From sequence record NC_047890.1: 42,686 nucleotides of DNA; one strand, 5' to 3'. The notes beneath the pieces are model-generated. The model saw nothing but the letters and a program-made list of their open reading frames with translations. It made no database searches and had not been told where the DNA came from. Every line of letters starts with the position of its first letter. Position 1 is the first letter of the stretch. Position numbers and translations under genes: made by a program. Positions 1 through 6,645 of this stretch are shown in pieces. Source of the stretch: Escherichia phage PGT2.

Positions 1-260
1 TCCAACACAAATGAGGTCGCGTTTCCCCCGTAGGCCCGGCCTTCTGGATGGCTAAATGGCTGGATGGATGGATGGCTGGACGGCTAGACGTTTAGACGGC
101 TAAATGGCCAAATGACCGTAAAAAGGGCCGTGGGCACTGATAGGGTCAATCGGGCTGTAAGCCACGCCAACCGGGGTTTCCGCACATTACTTTATAAGAG
201 AGCTTGTAAGGTGTCTGGCGGCGATCCGTCTACGACGGGAGAAGGAAAGAGACGTGGGGT
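1..260. repeat. Left direct terminal repeat (DTR), 260 bp
   Basis: Bases 1-260 are identical to 42427-42686, checked block by block. The repeat runs to the window edge, so 260 bp is a minimum length. Confidence 0.9.
48..118. repeat. Array of short imperfect ~8-bp repeats (CTRRAYGG-like) inside the terminal repeat
   Basis: ggctaaatgg ctggatgg atggatgg ctggacgg ctagacgt ttagacgg ctaaatgg ccaaatga read directly. Resembles the short repeat series in T7 terminal repeats. Confidence 0.6.
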
Positions 261-316
261 ATCTATCTTTTTGGATACGCCTATCTTTTTCTAGTCATCT
301 ATCTTCTTACGATGAG

Positions 317-336
317 CTATCTATCTATCTATCTAT
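317..336. repeat. (CTAT)5 microsatellite flanked by TATCT-TTTTT iterons
   Basis: ctatctatctatctatctat at 317-336; ctatcttttt recurs at about 263-273 and 284-294, just inside the left terminal repeat. Confidence 0.6.
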
Positions 337-383
337 CCAGCTATCCGATTATCTTCGCTTCGACGGATCGGCTATCGCCTTTC

Positions 384-413
384 TTGTCTCCGCTACGATA
401 AGGGAGCTATACT
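384..413 (+). promoter_or_regulatory. Candidate sigma70-type promoter (TTGTCT-18-TATACT)
   Basis: -35 ttgtct at 384-389, -10 tatact at 408-413, 18-bp spacer; lies upstream of the strong RBS of ORF 453. Confidence 0.3.
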
Positions 414-452
414 AAGGATTGTGTTATTGCTCTTTAAGAATGAGGTGAGATT

Positions 453-656
453 ATGGCTATACGTAATTGGGCGGCGGTGCTGGCCATTGTGGATAGTGTG
501 GGGACTGAAGCGGCGTTATCCTTGCCGTATGTTCCGGCTGATGCTAACACTATGCCGGACCGGGCCAAAAGATATGCAATTGAGTACAACATACAACGGG
601 GGAAGTATGGCGAGACCTTGCCGGAAGTACCGACGTCGTGCACTTATCGGGATTGA
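453..656 (+). CDS. Hypothetical early protein (67 aa)
   Basis: ATG at 453 preceded by SD gaggtgag with 7-nt spacing; first ORF after the terminal repeat. Confidence 0.45.
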   Translation: MAIRNWAAVLAIVDSVGTEAALSLPYVPADANTMPDRAKRYAIEYNIQRGKYGETLPEVPTSCTYRD

Positions 657-1047
657 TGTATCCGGGTATCATCCGCCGGCTGTGGTCCGGAACTGGTTAA
701 GGGATACTTTAAGGGATGAATCCAAGGGACTAGCCGATCAGCTTATTTGTAAGCCGTGGGCTGTCTGGTTAGTTTGGGCGCATGATGAGATAGATAGTAA
801 GCGGGTCAGTCTTCTGTGCTGTGTAGGGGAGCGGCAAGCCTTAACTATTATGGATAACGCGGCCCGGCTTGACGGGTATCTGTGCCGGCTGTATCAGTCC
901 GATGGCGATGCGGTCGATATTAGTCATCTGTCCGAGTATAAATCGGTGCATAACTGGACCGGATACTGGAAGCATGTACACGGTGAGGATATGCCGATGA
1001 CGATTAGTGATGACGGATTGAGAAAGCTGCGGGAGATGATAGCATGA
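607..1047 (+). CDS. Hypothetical early protein (146 aa); possibly the C-terminal part of a frameshifted product with ORF 453-656
   Basis: ATG at 607 follows a G5 run (598-602); frame is +1 relative to ORF 453 and overlaps its 3' end; a strong terminator follows the stop. Confidence 0.35.
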   Translation: MARPCRKYRRRALIGIDVSGYHPPAVVRNWLRDTLRDESKGLADQLICKPWAVWLVWAHDEIDSKRVSLLCCVGERQALTIMDNAARLDGYLCRLYQSDGDAVDISHLSEYKSVHNWTGYWKHVHGEDMPMTISDDGLRKLREMIA

Positions 1048-1051
1048 TGAT

Positions 1052-1088
1052 AAGGGGCGGGGAGTGTATCCTTGCCCCTTTCTTTTTG
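1052..1088 (+). terminator. Rho-independent terminator
   Basis: 12-bp stem aaggggcgggga / tccttgcccctt (two G-U pairs), loop gtgta, then tctttttgt. Confidence 0.6.
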
Positions 1089-1217
1089 TATTGTGGATCC
1101 CTGACGTTCTCCTGATCGGGCTTATGCACTCATGGCTGTGCGTTGGCTTGTCTTACGTGTGATTAGGTGTCTGGTGAGAACGTGGGAGATTATTTTCGAT
1201 TATTTTTAAAATATCGC

Positions 1218-1246
1218 TTGCATAGTTCGTGAGGAGGCTATATAGT
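1218..1246 (+). promoter_or_regulatory. Candidate sigma70 early promoter (TTGCAT-17-TATAGT) with AT-rich upstream region
   Basis: -35 ttgcat at 1218-1223, -10 tatagt at 1241-1246, preceded by tatttttaaaatat. Confidence 0.4.
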
Positions 1247-1442
1247 TAATTTCAACGGCGGGGTAGTGGGAAGACAAGCCGATAAAATAGGATTCCCTCC
1301 ACATGGTCAGTTACCATAGGTCATCCGAGACACCAAACGGAATAACTAACAAGTAGTAACACCGGGGCAAGGAGGCCGCCTCGAAAGAGGAAAGTAGCTG
1401 GTAATGGCGTATGAAGCATTACCCCGGTGAGAAAGAAAGAGA

Positions 1443-1471
1443 TTGACAAGTTCAGAAGTAAGCAGTAAGAT
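1443..1471 (+). promoter_or_regulatory. Candidate sigma70 early promoter (TTGACA-17-TAAGAT)
   Basis: Consensus -35 ttgaca at 1443-1448; -10 taagat at 1466-1471; shares the upstream 18-mer aagaaagagattgacaag with the promoter at 1639. Confidence 0.45.
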
Positions 1472-1638
1472 GTAAATCAAGCAGTACGGGAGGAGGCGCA
1501 ACGGAAGGCGCGACACGGCGGGGAGTGATACAAGGACGCGCCAAAGGGAGAACGGATAGGAACTGCGAACCCTTCCGGATACCCGCTACGGATAGCACAG
1601 TTTGCCGGAGTATGCAGACACGGTAAGCAAGAAAGAGA

Positions 1639-1667
1639 TTGACAAGCTGGACAAGTTACCCGATAAT
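1639..1667 (+). promoter_or_regulatory. Candidate sigma70 early promoter (TTGACA-17-GATAAT)
   Basis: Consensus -35 ttgaca at 1639-1644; -10 gataat at 1662-1667; an RBS and small ORF follow. Confidence 0.55.
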
Positions 1668-1698
1668 AAGCTCAACGAATCGCAACGAGGAGAGAGAA

Positions 1699-1857
1699 AT
1701 GACTTACTACGAATCAGCAGAGAACGAGATGATCACCGCAGCACGCGCAGAAAAAGAAGTGCGCCGCCACGGTTGCAGCGTAGCAGAATTTTACGCAGAC
1801 TGCGGTACTCATGAGGAGTACGACGCACAAGCTGTGTTAGAATGGTTAGGGTACTAA
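1699..1857 (+). CDS. Small acidic early protein (52 aa)
   Basis: ATG at 1699 preceded by SD aggagag; lies downstream of the promoter at 1639; 11 acidic versus 4 K/R residues. Confidence 0.45.
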   Translation: MTYYESAENEMITAARAEKEVRRHGCSVAEFYADCGTHEEYDAQAVLEWLGY

Positions 1858-1878
1858 CAGAAAGTTTGAAGAAATAGG

Positions 1879-1907
1879 TTGACAAGTTAAGCAGTAAGCA
1901 GTAACCT
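1879..1907 (+). promoter_or_regulatory. Candidate sigma70 early promoter (TTGACA-17-TAACCT, weak -10)
   Basis: -35 ttgaca at 1879-1884; the spacer carries two AAGCAGTA copies, paralogous to the promoter at 1443. Confidence 0.35.
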
Positions 1908-2122
1908 AGAAAGCAAGCAGTACAGCAGTATCACAGCAGCCTAGAATAGGTTGAGTCGCACTCGGTGTGAATAGCTGACCTGACAGCGATATGGTTCAGG
2001 GGGGCCGGAGGATAGACAGTGACGTCGCCAATAAGCCCAACAAACGAAAGGTTTGTTAGTGTATCCTCACAGTAGGGTACAGCAACAAACTAACCGTAAA
2101 CGCAACGTAAACGAGGCGCACC

Positions 2123-2362
2123 ATGACTACACGTACAGAATACAACGGACACAAAAACAAAACTCACTGGAATGTAAGCCTTTGGATTAATAACGATGAG
2201 GCACTTTACCAGTTGGCAAGAGAATTTATCAACGATAACAATAACCGTAATGATGCGGCCCGCGCTATGGCGTTATTTTTAGCACAGTTGGGACAAGATA
2301 AAACGCCGGACGGATTCAAATACAGCGCTACGGCGATCCGCGCCGCTATGGTTGAGATGTAA
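2123..2362 (+). CDS. Hypothetical early protein (79 aa)
   Basis: ATG with SD acgagg at 6-nt spacing; first of a run of tightly packed same-strand early ORFs. Confidence 0.55.
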   Translation: MTTRTEYNGHKNKTHWNVSLWINNDEALYQLAREFINDNNNRNDAARAMALFLAQLGQDKTPDGFKYSATAIRAAMVEM

Positions 2363-2373
2363 GGAGGCACAGC

Positions 2374-2640
2374 ATGAAACTTTCAAAACAGACCGCGACC
2401 GATATTAGAAGCGCACTCATTGGCAAGGACGTGCCAGCTATCGCAAAGGCTTATCAGGAAAAAGGTTTATCATTCACTCGCTTCATATGGGACGCGTATC
2501 ACTCTATCGGCCACGCTAAGACCAACGAGATACTGACAGCTAACAACAAGCTGACAGTTATTGGTGGCTATGTAACCGATATTAATGACAGCCATATTGA
2601 AACAATGCTAAAACTAGCGTTCAAAGATTGTAAGTTTTAA
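2374..2640 (+). CDS. Hypothetical early protein (88 aa)
   Basis: ATG preceded by strong SD aaggagg. Confidence 0.6.
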   Translation: MKLSKQTATDIRSALIGKDVPAIAKAYQEKGLSFTRFIWDAYHSIGHAKTNEILTANNKLTVIGGYVTDINDSHIETMLKLAFKDCKF

Positions 2641-2682
2641 GATAGCGGCATACAAATAAACGCAACGTAAATGAGGCGCACC

Positions 2683-3177
2683 ATGAAAGTATTAATTTCT
2701 GCATTCCGTAAAGAAAACGATCTGTTAACCCATATCAATAATCACGCGGAATTATTCGACCGCATCACCGCATTAGGATTGACGCCGCAGCCCGTCGATG
2801 GCGTGTGGAAAGGTGTATCGGAGTTTTCTTACATGGTACACGGTGTTACCACAGCGATGCTCAAAGCGTTTTATGCAATGGCCCGCGACTACAATCAGGA
2901 GGCTATCTTGCTTGTTGCTGATGATAACCGTGCCGCAGTAGTGCCCACCGATGGCCCGGTGATGGCCCCGATGATTGACGTTGGCGACTGGAGGGAAGTA
3001 AGCAAAGAGATCGCGATACAATTTGACGGATACACCAAGACACGCGACGGCCGCTATTTTGTCGCCGCCACTCGTGAGCAGTTCGGCCTCGCCACTCGTC
3101 GGCTGTTAGCCACACAGATGGGCGTAATCGCTGCTAACGAATATGCAGCACGTGTAAACGCAGTGGGAGGATTATAA
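2683..3177 (+). CDS. Hypothetical early protein (164 aa)
   Basis: Start at the second ATG (2683), chosen because the 28-nt block before it is 27/28 identical to the leader of ORF 2123; the provided ORF track begins at the in-frame ATG at 2671. Confidence 0.55.
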   Translation: MKVLISAFRKENDLLTHINNHAELFDRITALGLTPQPVDGVWKGVSEFSYMVHGVTTAMLKAFYAMARDYNQEAILLVADDNRAAVVPTDGPVMAPMIDVGDWREVSKEIAIQFDGYTKTRDGRYFVAATREQFGLATRRLLATQMGVIAANEYAARVNAVGGL

Positions 3178-3178
3178 A

Positions 3179-3427
3179 ATGCGCAAACTTAGTGAAATTG
3201 TACATCATACCAACGTATTCTATAACAGCAAGGGTTATCTGTGGATAACCCTGAAGGACGTGCGACCTGACGGGCGTCATCGTGTGGTAGTACGTAAAAT
3301 GTACAGCAAATACGTTAGTAATTGGTCATTGGATACAGTACGCATTAATAACGAGACTTTTCAGATTGACTCACAGATTGACCTACAACCAACGGCAAGC
3401 CATTCCGCACCATATTTTTCTAACTGA
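3179..3427 (+). CDS. Hypothetical early protein (82 aa)
   Basis: ATG preceded by SD gggagg; overlaps the stop of the upstream gene. Confidence 0.55.
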   Translation: MRKLSEIVHHTNVFYNSKGYLWITLKDVRPDGRHRVVVRKMYSKYVSNWSLDTVRINNETFQIDSQIDLQPTASHSAPYFSN

Positions 3428-3504
3428 ATCCGGGCCTATGCCGCGCACTCATGGGCGGCATACACACGCAGTCAGATCACTCCCATTAAATGAGGACACA
3501 GAGC

Positions 3505-3618
3505 ATGAACACAATAACATCCGGCCTTGCACTCATCGGCGCGATTATCGGCGTCGCTGTGTTTAACGCATTACCCTTGATTATTGGCGTGGCGGTCCTC
3601 AGTTGGTGGCTGTCATAA
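3505..3618 (+). CDS. Small hydrophobic peptide (37 aa), probable single-pass membrane protein
   Basis: ATG with SD gagga at 8-nt spacing; translation MNTITSGLALIGAIIGVAVFNALPLIIGVAVLSWWLS; below the 60-aa cutoff of the ORF track. Confidence 0.4.
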   Translation: MNTITSGLALIGAIIGVAVFNALPLIIGVAVLSWWLS

Positions 3619-3682
3619 TCCACGCACTCATAGCCACACTGTACGTTTCCCAATCGCATAAATCATTTTGAGATATACGCAT

Positions 3683-3862
3683 ATGAATATCAAAGAATCC
3701 GTATCCACAGAACGCGCCGCCGCCATACAGTACGCGCACGATAACCTATCACCGGATGCCTACTGGCTGTTCTGTGACCGCCTGCGAGAAACAGAAGACC
3801 TATCCCCGGATAATATCCACGCCCTTATTGTCGCAGTAGCGCAGGAGGTATCTAATGTTTGA
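3683..3862 (+). CDS. Small acidic early protein (59 aa)
   Basis: ORF track starts at TTG 3668; first in-frame ATG is 3683; weak RBS. Confidence 0.4.
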   Translation: MNIKESVSTERAAAIQYAHDNLSPDAYWLFCDRLRETEDLSPDNIHALIVAVAQEVSNV

Positions 3863-4103
3863 GGCAGCGAACGACGACCATTACAACGAAAAAACAGCGG
3901 TGGAAGAGGCACAGAAGCGCCAGCGGGATATAAATATGGCCTACTATACACGCGTGCCGCCGTTTTACGTGTTCCAGCAAGGCGCTGGCGTAGGCGTATC
4001 CTTCGGTTATGTCACGAGATACGGTTACTCCCGTGTAGGTTATGCCAGCTATTCAGATGCGGCAGAGGCGGCAGAGGCTTATTCCAGTGAGGTAGAAAGA
4101 TGA
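3855..4103 (+). CDS. Hypothetical early protein (82 aa), Tyr/Gly-rich
   Basis: ATG preceded by SD aggagg. Confidence 0.55.
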   Translation: MFEAANDDHYNEKTAVEEAQKRQRDINMAYYTRVPPFYVFQQGAGVGVSFGYVTRYGYSRVGYASYSDAAEAAEAYSSEVER

Positions 4104-4288
4104 CACAGCCTGTATATAACGTGTACCGGGGTACGGGCGTATGCGTCCGGATGACATACCGGGCTGTTCCGGGGGCCACAGTGTCCCAATTCCTCACTGA
4201 CTCCGGCTGGCAGGATAGTCTAGTGACTGAACGCACTATTCGCGCCAGTCTCCCACTCGTGGCTAAAAACGTGAGGTTCAAGGCATGA
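4100..4288 (+). CDS. Hypothetical early protein (62 aa)
   Basis: ATG preceded by SD gtgaggtag; overlaps the upstream stop. Confidence 0.5.
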   Translation: MTQPVYNVYRGTGVCVRMTYRAVPGATVSQFLTDSGWQDSLVTERTIRASLPLVAKNVRFKA

Positions 4289-4620
4289 AAATCATTAATC
4301 CGTTACATCTCATCCAGTTCGTGGTGGTTTACTTGTACACGTGGTACGCCCTACGCAGTGCGCCGCGTGTAGAAGGCTTTAACGTCGGCTGGAGTAGTCC
4401 GCACGATGACTTTCAGGTGTACTATAACGCGCAGGTCAACGTGTTAGGCGTAATCACACCAGCGCAGGACACTACATGGCAACCAGTCGGCTGGCGTGCG
4501 TGGTTCAACCTTGTCCGGGCATACGATGACCTGCTCGAACAGACCACAGCGGCGTTCATTGAAGCGTATCTCCCAGACTTCGCAGATGACATCAACGAAT
4601 CAGACACAGAGGACAAATAA
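4285..4620 (+). CDS. Hypothetical early protein (111 aa)
   Basis: ATG preceded by SD gtgagg at 8-nt spacing. Confidence 0.55.
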   Translation: MKIINPLHLIQFVVVYLYTWYALRSAPRVEGFNVGWSSPHDDFQVYYNAQVNVLGVITPAQDTTWQPVGWRAWFNLVRAYDDLLEQTTAAFIEAYLPDFADDINESDTEDK

Positions 4621-4622
4621 TT

Positions 4623-5132
4623 ATGACAAGCATCAATCCGGTAGACCTGACCACTTTAGGCGCACGAGTAACCGACCCGGCACAGTTGACAGAAGGCCGC
4701 TGGTATGTGGTCCGCGTTAACTGTAGAGGCTATACCCCACTGGTACACGCCAAATACTTGGGTATGAAAGGGCGCGCCTCACATGCGTTTGAGGTGTGCG
4801 ATGAGGATCATCTCGCGTTAAAGCGTTCTCTGGGCCTCGCCAAGCGCATCCACCGCGACAACGGTAGTATCCGCTCAGGGAAGATTGATGGCGGCGGTAT
4901 CTGCGAGATATTCAAGTTTAAGCAGGCGACAGCTACCCGATCCAATGCGCCGCAGCCCACCGCAACCTTATCCACAGTGGACCAATTCAAATCAGAGATT
5001 GACGCGTTACGTGCCAAGGCTACACAGAAGCGCGACCAGATTGCTCAGCTCTCAGAAGAGATTGCCGGGATTAACATCGCTATCTACGACACACGCAAGA
5101 AACTCAAAGCCAGCTTAGAGGGTTACATCTAA
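4623..5132 (+). CDS. Hypothetical early protein (169 aa)
   Basis: ATG two bases after the upstream stop; long ORF in the gene-dense early block. Confidence 0.55.
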   Translation: MTSINPVDLTTLGARVTDPAQLTEGRWYVVRVNCRGYTPLVHAKYLGMKGRASHAFEVCDEDHLALKRSLGLAKRIHRDNGSIRSGKIDGGGICEIFKFKQATATRSNAPQPTATLSTVDQFKSEIDALRAKATQKRDQIAQLSEEIAGINIAIYDTRKKLKASLEGYI

Positions 5133-5150
5133 TGCTTGAAGGTGACAAAC

Positions 5151-5462
5151 ATGAAACCGAATCAAAAGAAAATCCCCGCGCTCCTGCTATGCTCAGTCGG
5201 CCTGTTATGGGCGGTGGCGGGGGTCAATCAGGCGTATGCTTCGACCCATATGCAGCGGGAGACAGTGACGTTCAACAGTCTTTTCAAGTCGGATGGGATG
5301 ACTATCAGTGAGTATTGTTCTGTGACATTGCAGGGCAATACACAGATTGTTGAAGCATCCTGCTACGGCATACTGAAACCCACAGTGACGGACTTACAAC
5401 GCCGCTATCCACTCGTGGCCTTCCACGTGATTATCAATGGCGAGTCACTGAACACTATTTGA
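5151..5462 (+). CDS. Predicted secreted/periplasmic early protein (103 aa) with N-terminal signal peptide
   Basis: N-terminus MKPNQKKIPALLLCSVGLLWAVAGVNQAYAS has a basic n-region, hydrophobic core and AxA-like cleavage site; two Cys in the mature part; ORF track start 5136 is a TTG. Confidence 0.55.
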   Translation: MKPNQKKIPALLLCSVGLLWAVAGVNQAYASTHMQRETVTFNSLFKSDGMTISEYCSVTLQGNTQIVEASCYGILKPTVTDLQRRYPLVAFHVIINGESLNTI

Positions 5463-5470
5463 GGTGTATC

Positions 5471-5761
5471 ATGGAATTATCTGATGATGAACTGCGCCTG
5501 ATTCGTCGGGCGCTGGCGTTCGCAGTCCGTCACCTGCATGTATGTGCCGATGAAGCACGAGACAACCACCGCATTAAAGAGAAGCTCGACTGTCAGGTCG
5601 AAGCAGCACGGTTAACCACACTATCGGAGAAACTCCATGGGCAAATCATCAAACAACTCAAAGCCAAATCTCAAAACACTACACGAGGAACTGAGGGATG
5701 CGGAGCCAGATGCACTAATCTCTGTGCGGCAGGCGCGTGTCCTAATCGCCAGTCTGATTAA
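5471..5761 (+). CDS. Hypothetical early protein (96 aa)
   Basis: ATG with SD gagg at 6-nt spacing; its 3' part overlaps ORF 5637 in another frame. Confidence 0.4.
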   Translation: MELSDDELRLIRRALAFAVRHLHVCADEARDNHRIKEKLDCQVEAARLTTLSEKLHGQIIKQLKAKSQNTTRGTEGCGARCTNLCAAGACPNRQSD

Positions 5762-5963
5762 CCTCCAGAATGTTGTGGTGTCATTGATGGACACCATGGA
5801 CCATAACACCAAAATCATGAACGACTCCCACGCAGCGACGAATGAGAATTTCATCGGGCTGTTAGGCATCTGTAAGGTGCTGGGCCGGGAGTTAAACGTC
5901 GAGATTAACGGCATCAACGAGGCCACCACAGGCTCCCCATACAACAACAAAACGAGGCACTAA
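5637..5963 (+). CDS. Hypothetical early protein (108 aa)
   Basis: ATG with SD ggag at 7-nt spacing; overlaps ORF 5471 by about 125 nt. Confidence 0.4.
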   Translation: MGKSSNNSKPNLKTLHEELRDAEPDALISVRQARVLIASLINLQNVVVSLMDTMDHNTKIMNDSHAATNENFIGLLGICKVLGRELNVEINGINEATTGSPYNNKTRH

Positions 5964-5964
5964 T

Positions 5965-6270
5965 ATGAGCGAACGTATCTGCGTACCATATGCACGTAAA
6001 GGCAATCCAGACGTACACACTATCGTAATCCCAGCAGGCTTTATCAGTCTGGAAGACCTCTTGTCCCATGTCGGCTTCCAGCTTGGCATGGGCGACCAGT
6101 TGCTGGATGAGATTAACGGCCTTCTGGCACAGGAATACACAGCAGGCAAGCGCGCGCTGGCTGAAGTCCTGAGCCGGGCTACTCATAGCGCGACGTACAC
6201 TCCCAACATGGAGGATGCGCACCGTATCCTGACGGCTGAAGAATTGGGGTATGCAAATGACCGTGAGTAA
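5965..6270 (+). CDS. Hypothetical early protein (101 aa)
   Basis: ATG preceded by acgaggc-type SD. Confidence 0.55.
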   Translation: MSERICVPYARKGNPDVHTIVIPAGFISLEDLLSHVGFQLGMGDQLLDEINGLLAQEYTAGKRALAEVLSRATHSATYTPNMEDAHRILTAEELGYANDRE

Positions 6271-6361
6271 AGCCATTGGCTGGCTGATAGCCTACGCAGT
6301 GTTTTCTATAGTCGCCAACATCATCGGCGGCATCTCGTTAATTTTGTTCCTGCTCAAGTGA
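6251..6361 (+). CDS. Small hydrophobic peptide (36 aa), possible membrane protein
   Basis: Translation MQMTVSKAIGWLIAYAVFSIVANIIGGISLILFLLK; overlaps the end of ORF 5965 in another frame; weak RBS. Confidence 0.3.
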   Translation: MQMTVSKAIGWLIAYAVFSIVANIIGGISLILFLLK

Positions 6362-6369
6362 GGTAATTA

Positions 6370-6645
6370 ATGTCTGAGTTCCAGAAGAAACTTAAACAGG
6401 CGTTTTACGCTAACTTCTCCCGGCAGCGGACCGATAAAGAGGGTGTTATCTCTTACCGGACCTATTTTGGCACGTCCCTACCAACCACGCGGTACGTAGA
6501 GACGCTGGTGGATGAGAAGAAGTCTGCGACGGAAGGCGTGGACACAGTGGCGATTGTTGATCAGATTCGTGTGCACCATTTCAACGAAATCATGGGATAC
6601 ATCGACAACGAACTGCGCAAGGTTCTCAAATTGCAGGAGGGATAA
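6370..6645 (+). CDS. Hypothetical protein (91 aa)
   Basis: ATG preceded by SD gtgaggtaa; immediately upstream of primase. Confidence 0.55.
   Translation: MSEFQKKLKQAFYANFSRQRTDKEGVISYRTYFGTSLPTTRYVETLVDEKKSATEGVDTVAIVDQIRVHHFNEIMGYIDNELRKVLKLQEG

Noticed and set aside
48-118. Possible CRISPR array suggested by short regularly spaced repeats
   Set aside because: Repeat units are only about 8 bp, imperfect and contiguous without spacers; they lie in the terminal repeat, consistent with T7-type terminal repeat structure rather than CRISPR.
112-294. 60-aa ORF inside the terminal repeat
   Set aside because: No RBS, Arg/Gly-rich translation typical of non-coding GC-rich DNA, and located in the repeat.
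1602-1814. 70-aa ORF starting with TTG across the early promoter region
   Set aside because: Starts inside the -35 / spacer of the promoter at 1639 and has a highly basic low-complexity translation; the in-frame-shifted small ORF 1699-1857 with a strong RBS is the better candidate.
3366-3566. 66-aa His/Arg-rich ORF
   Set aside because: No RBS; overlaps the end of ORF 3179 and the start of the hydrophobic peptide ORF 3505, which has a proper SD.
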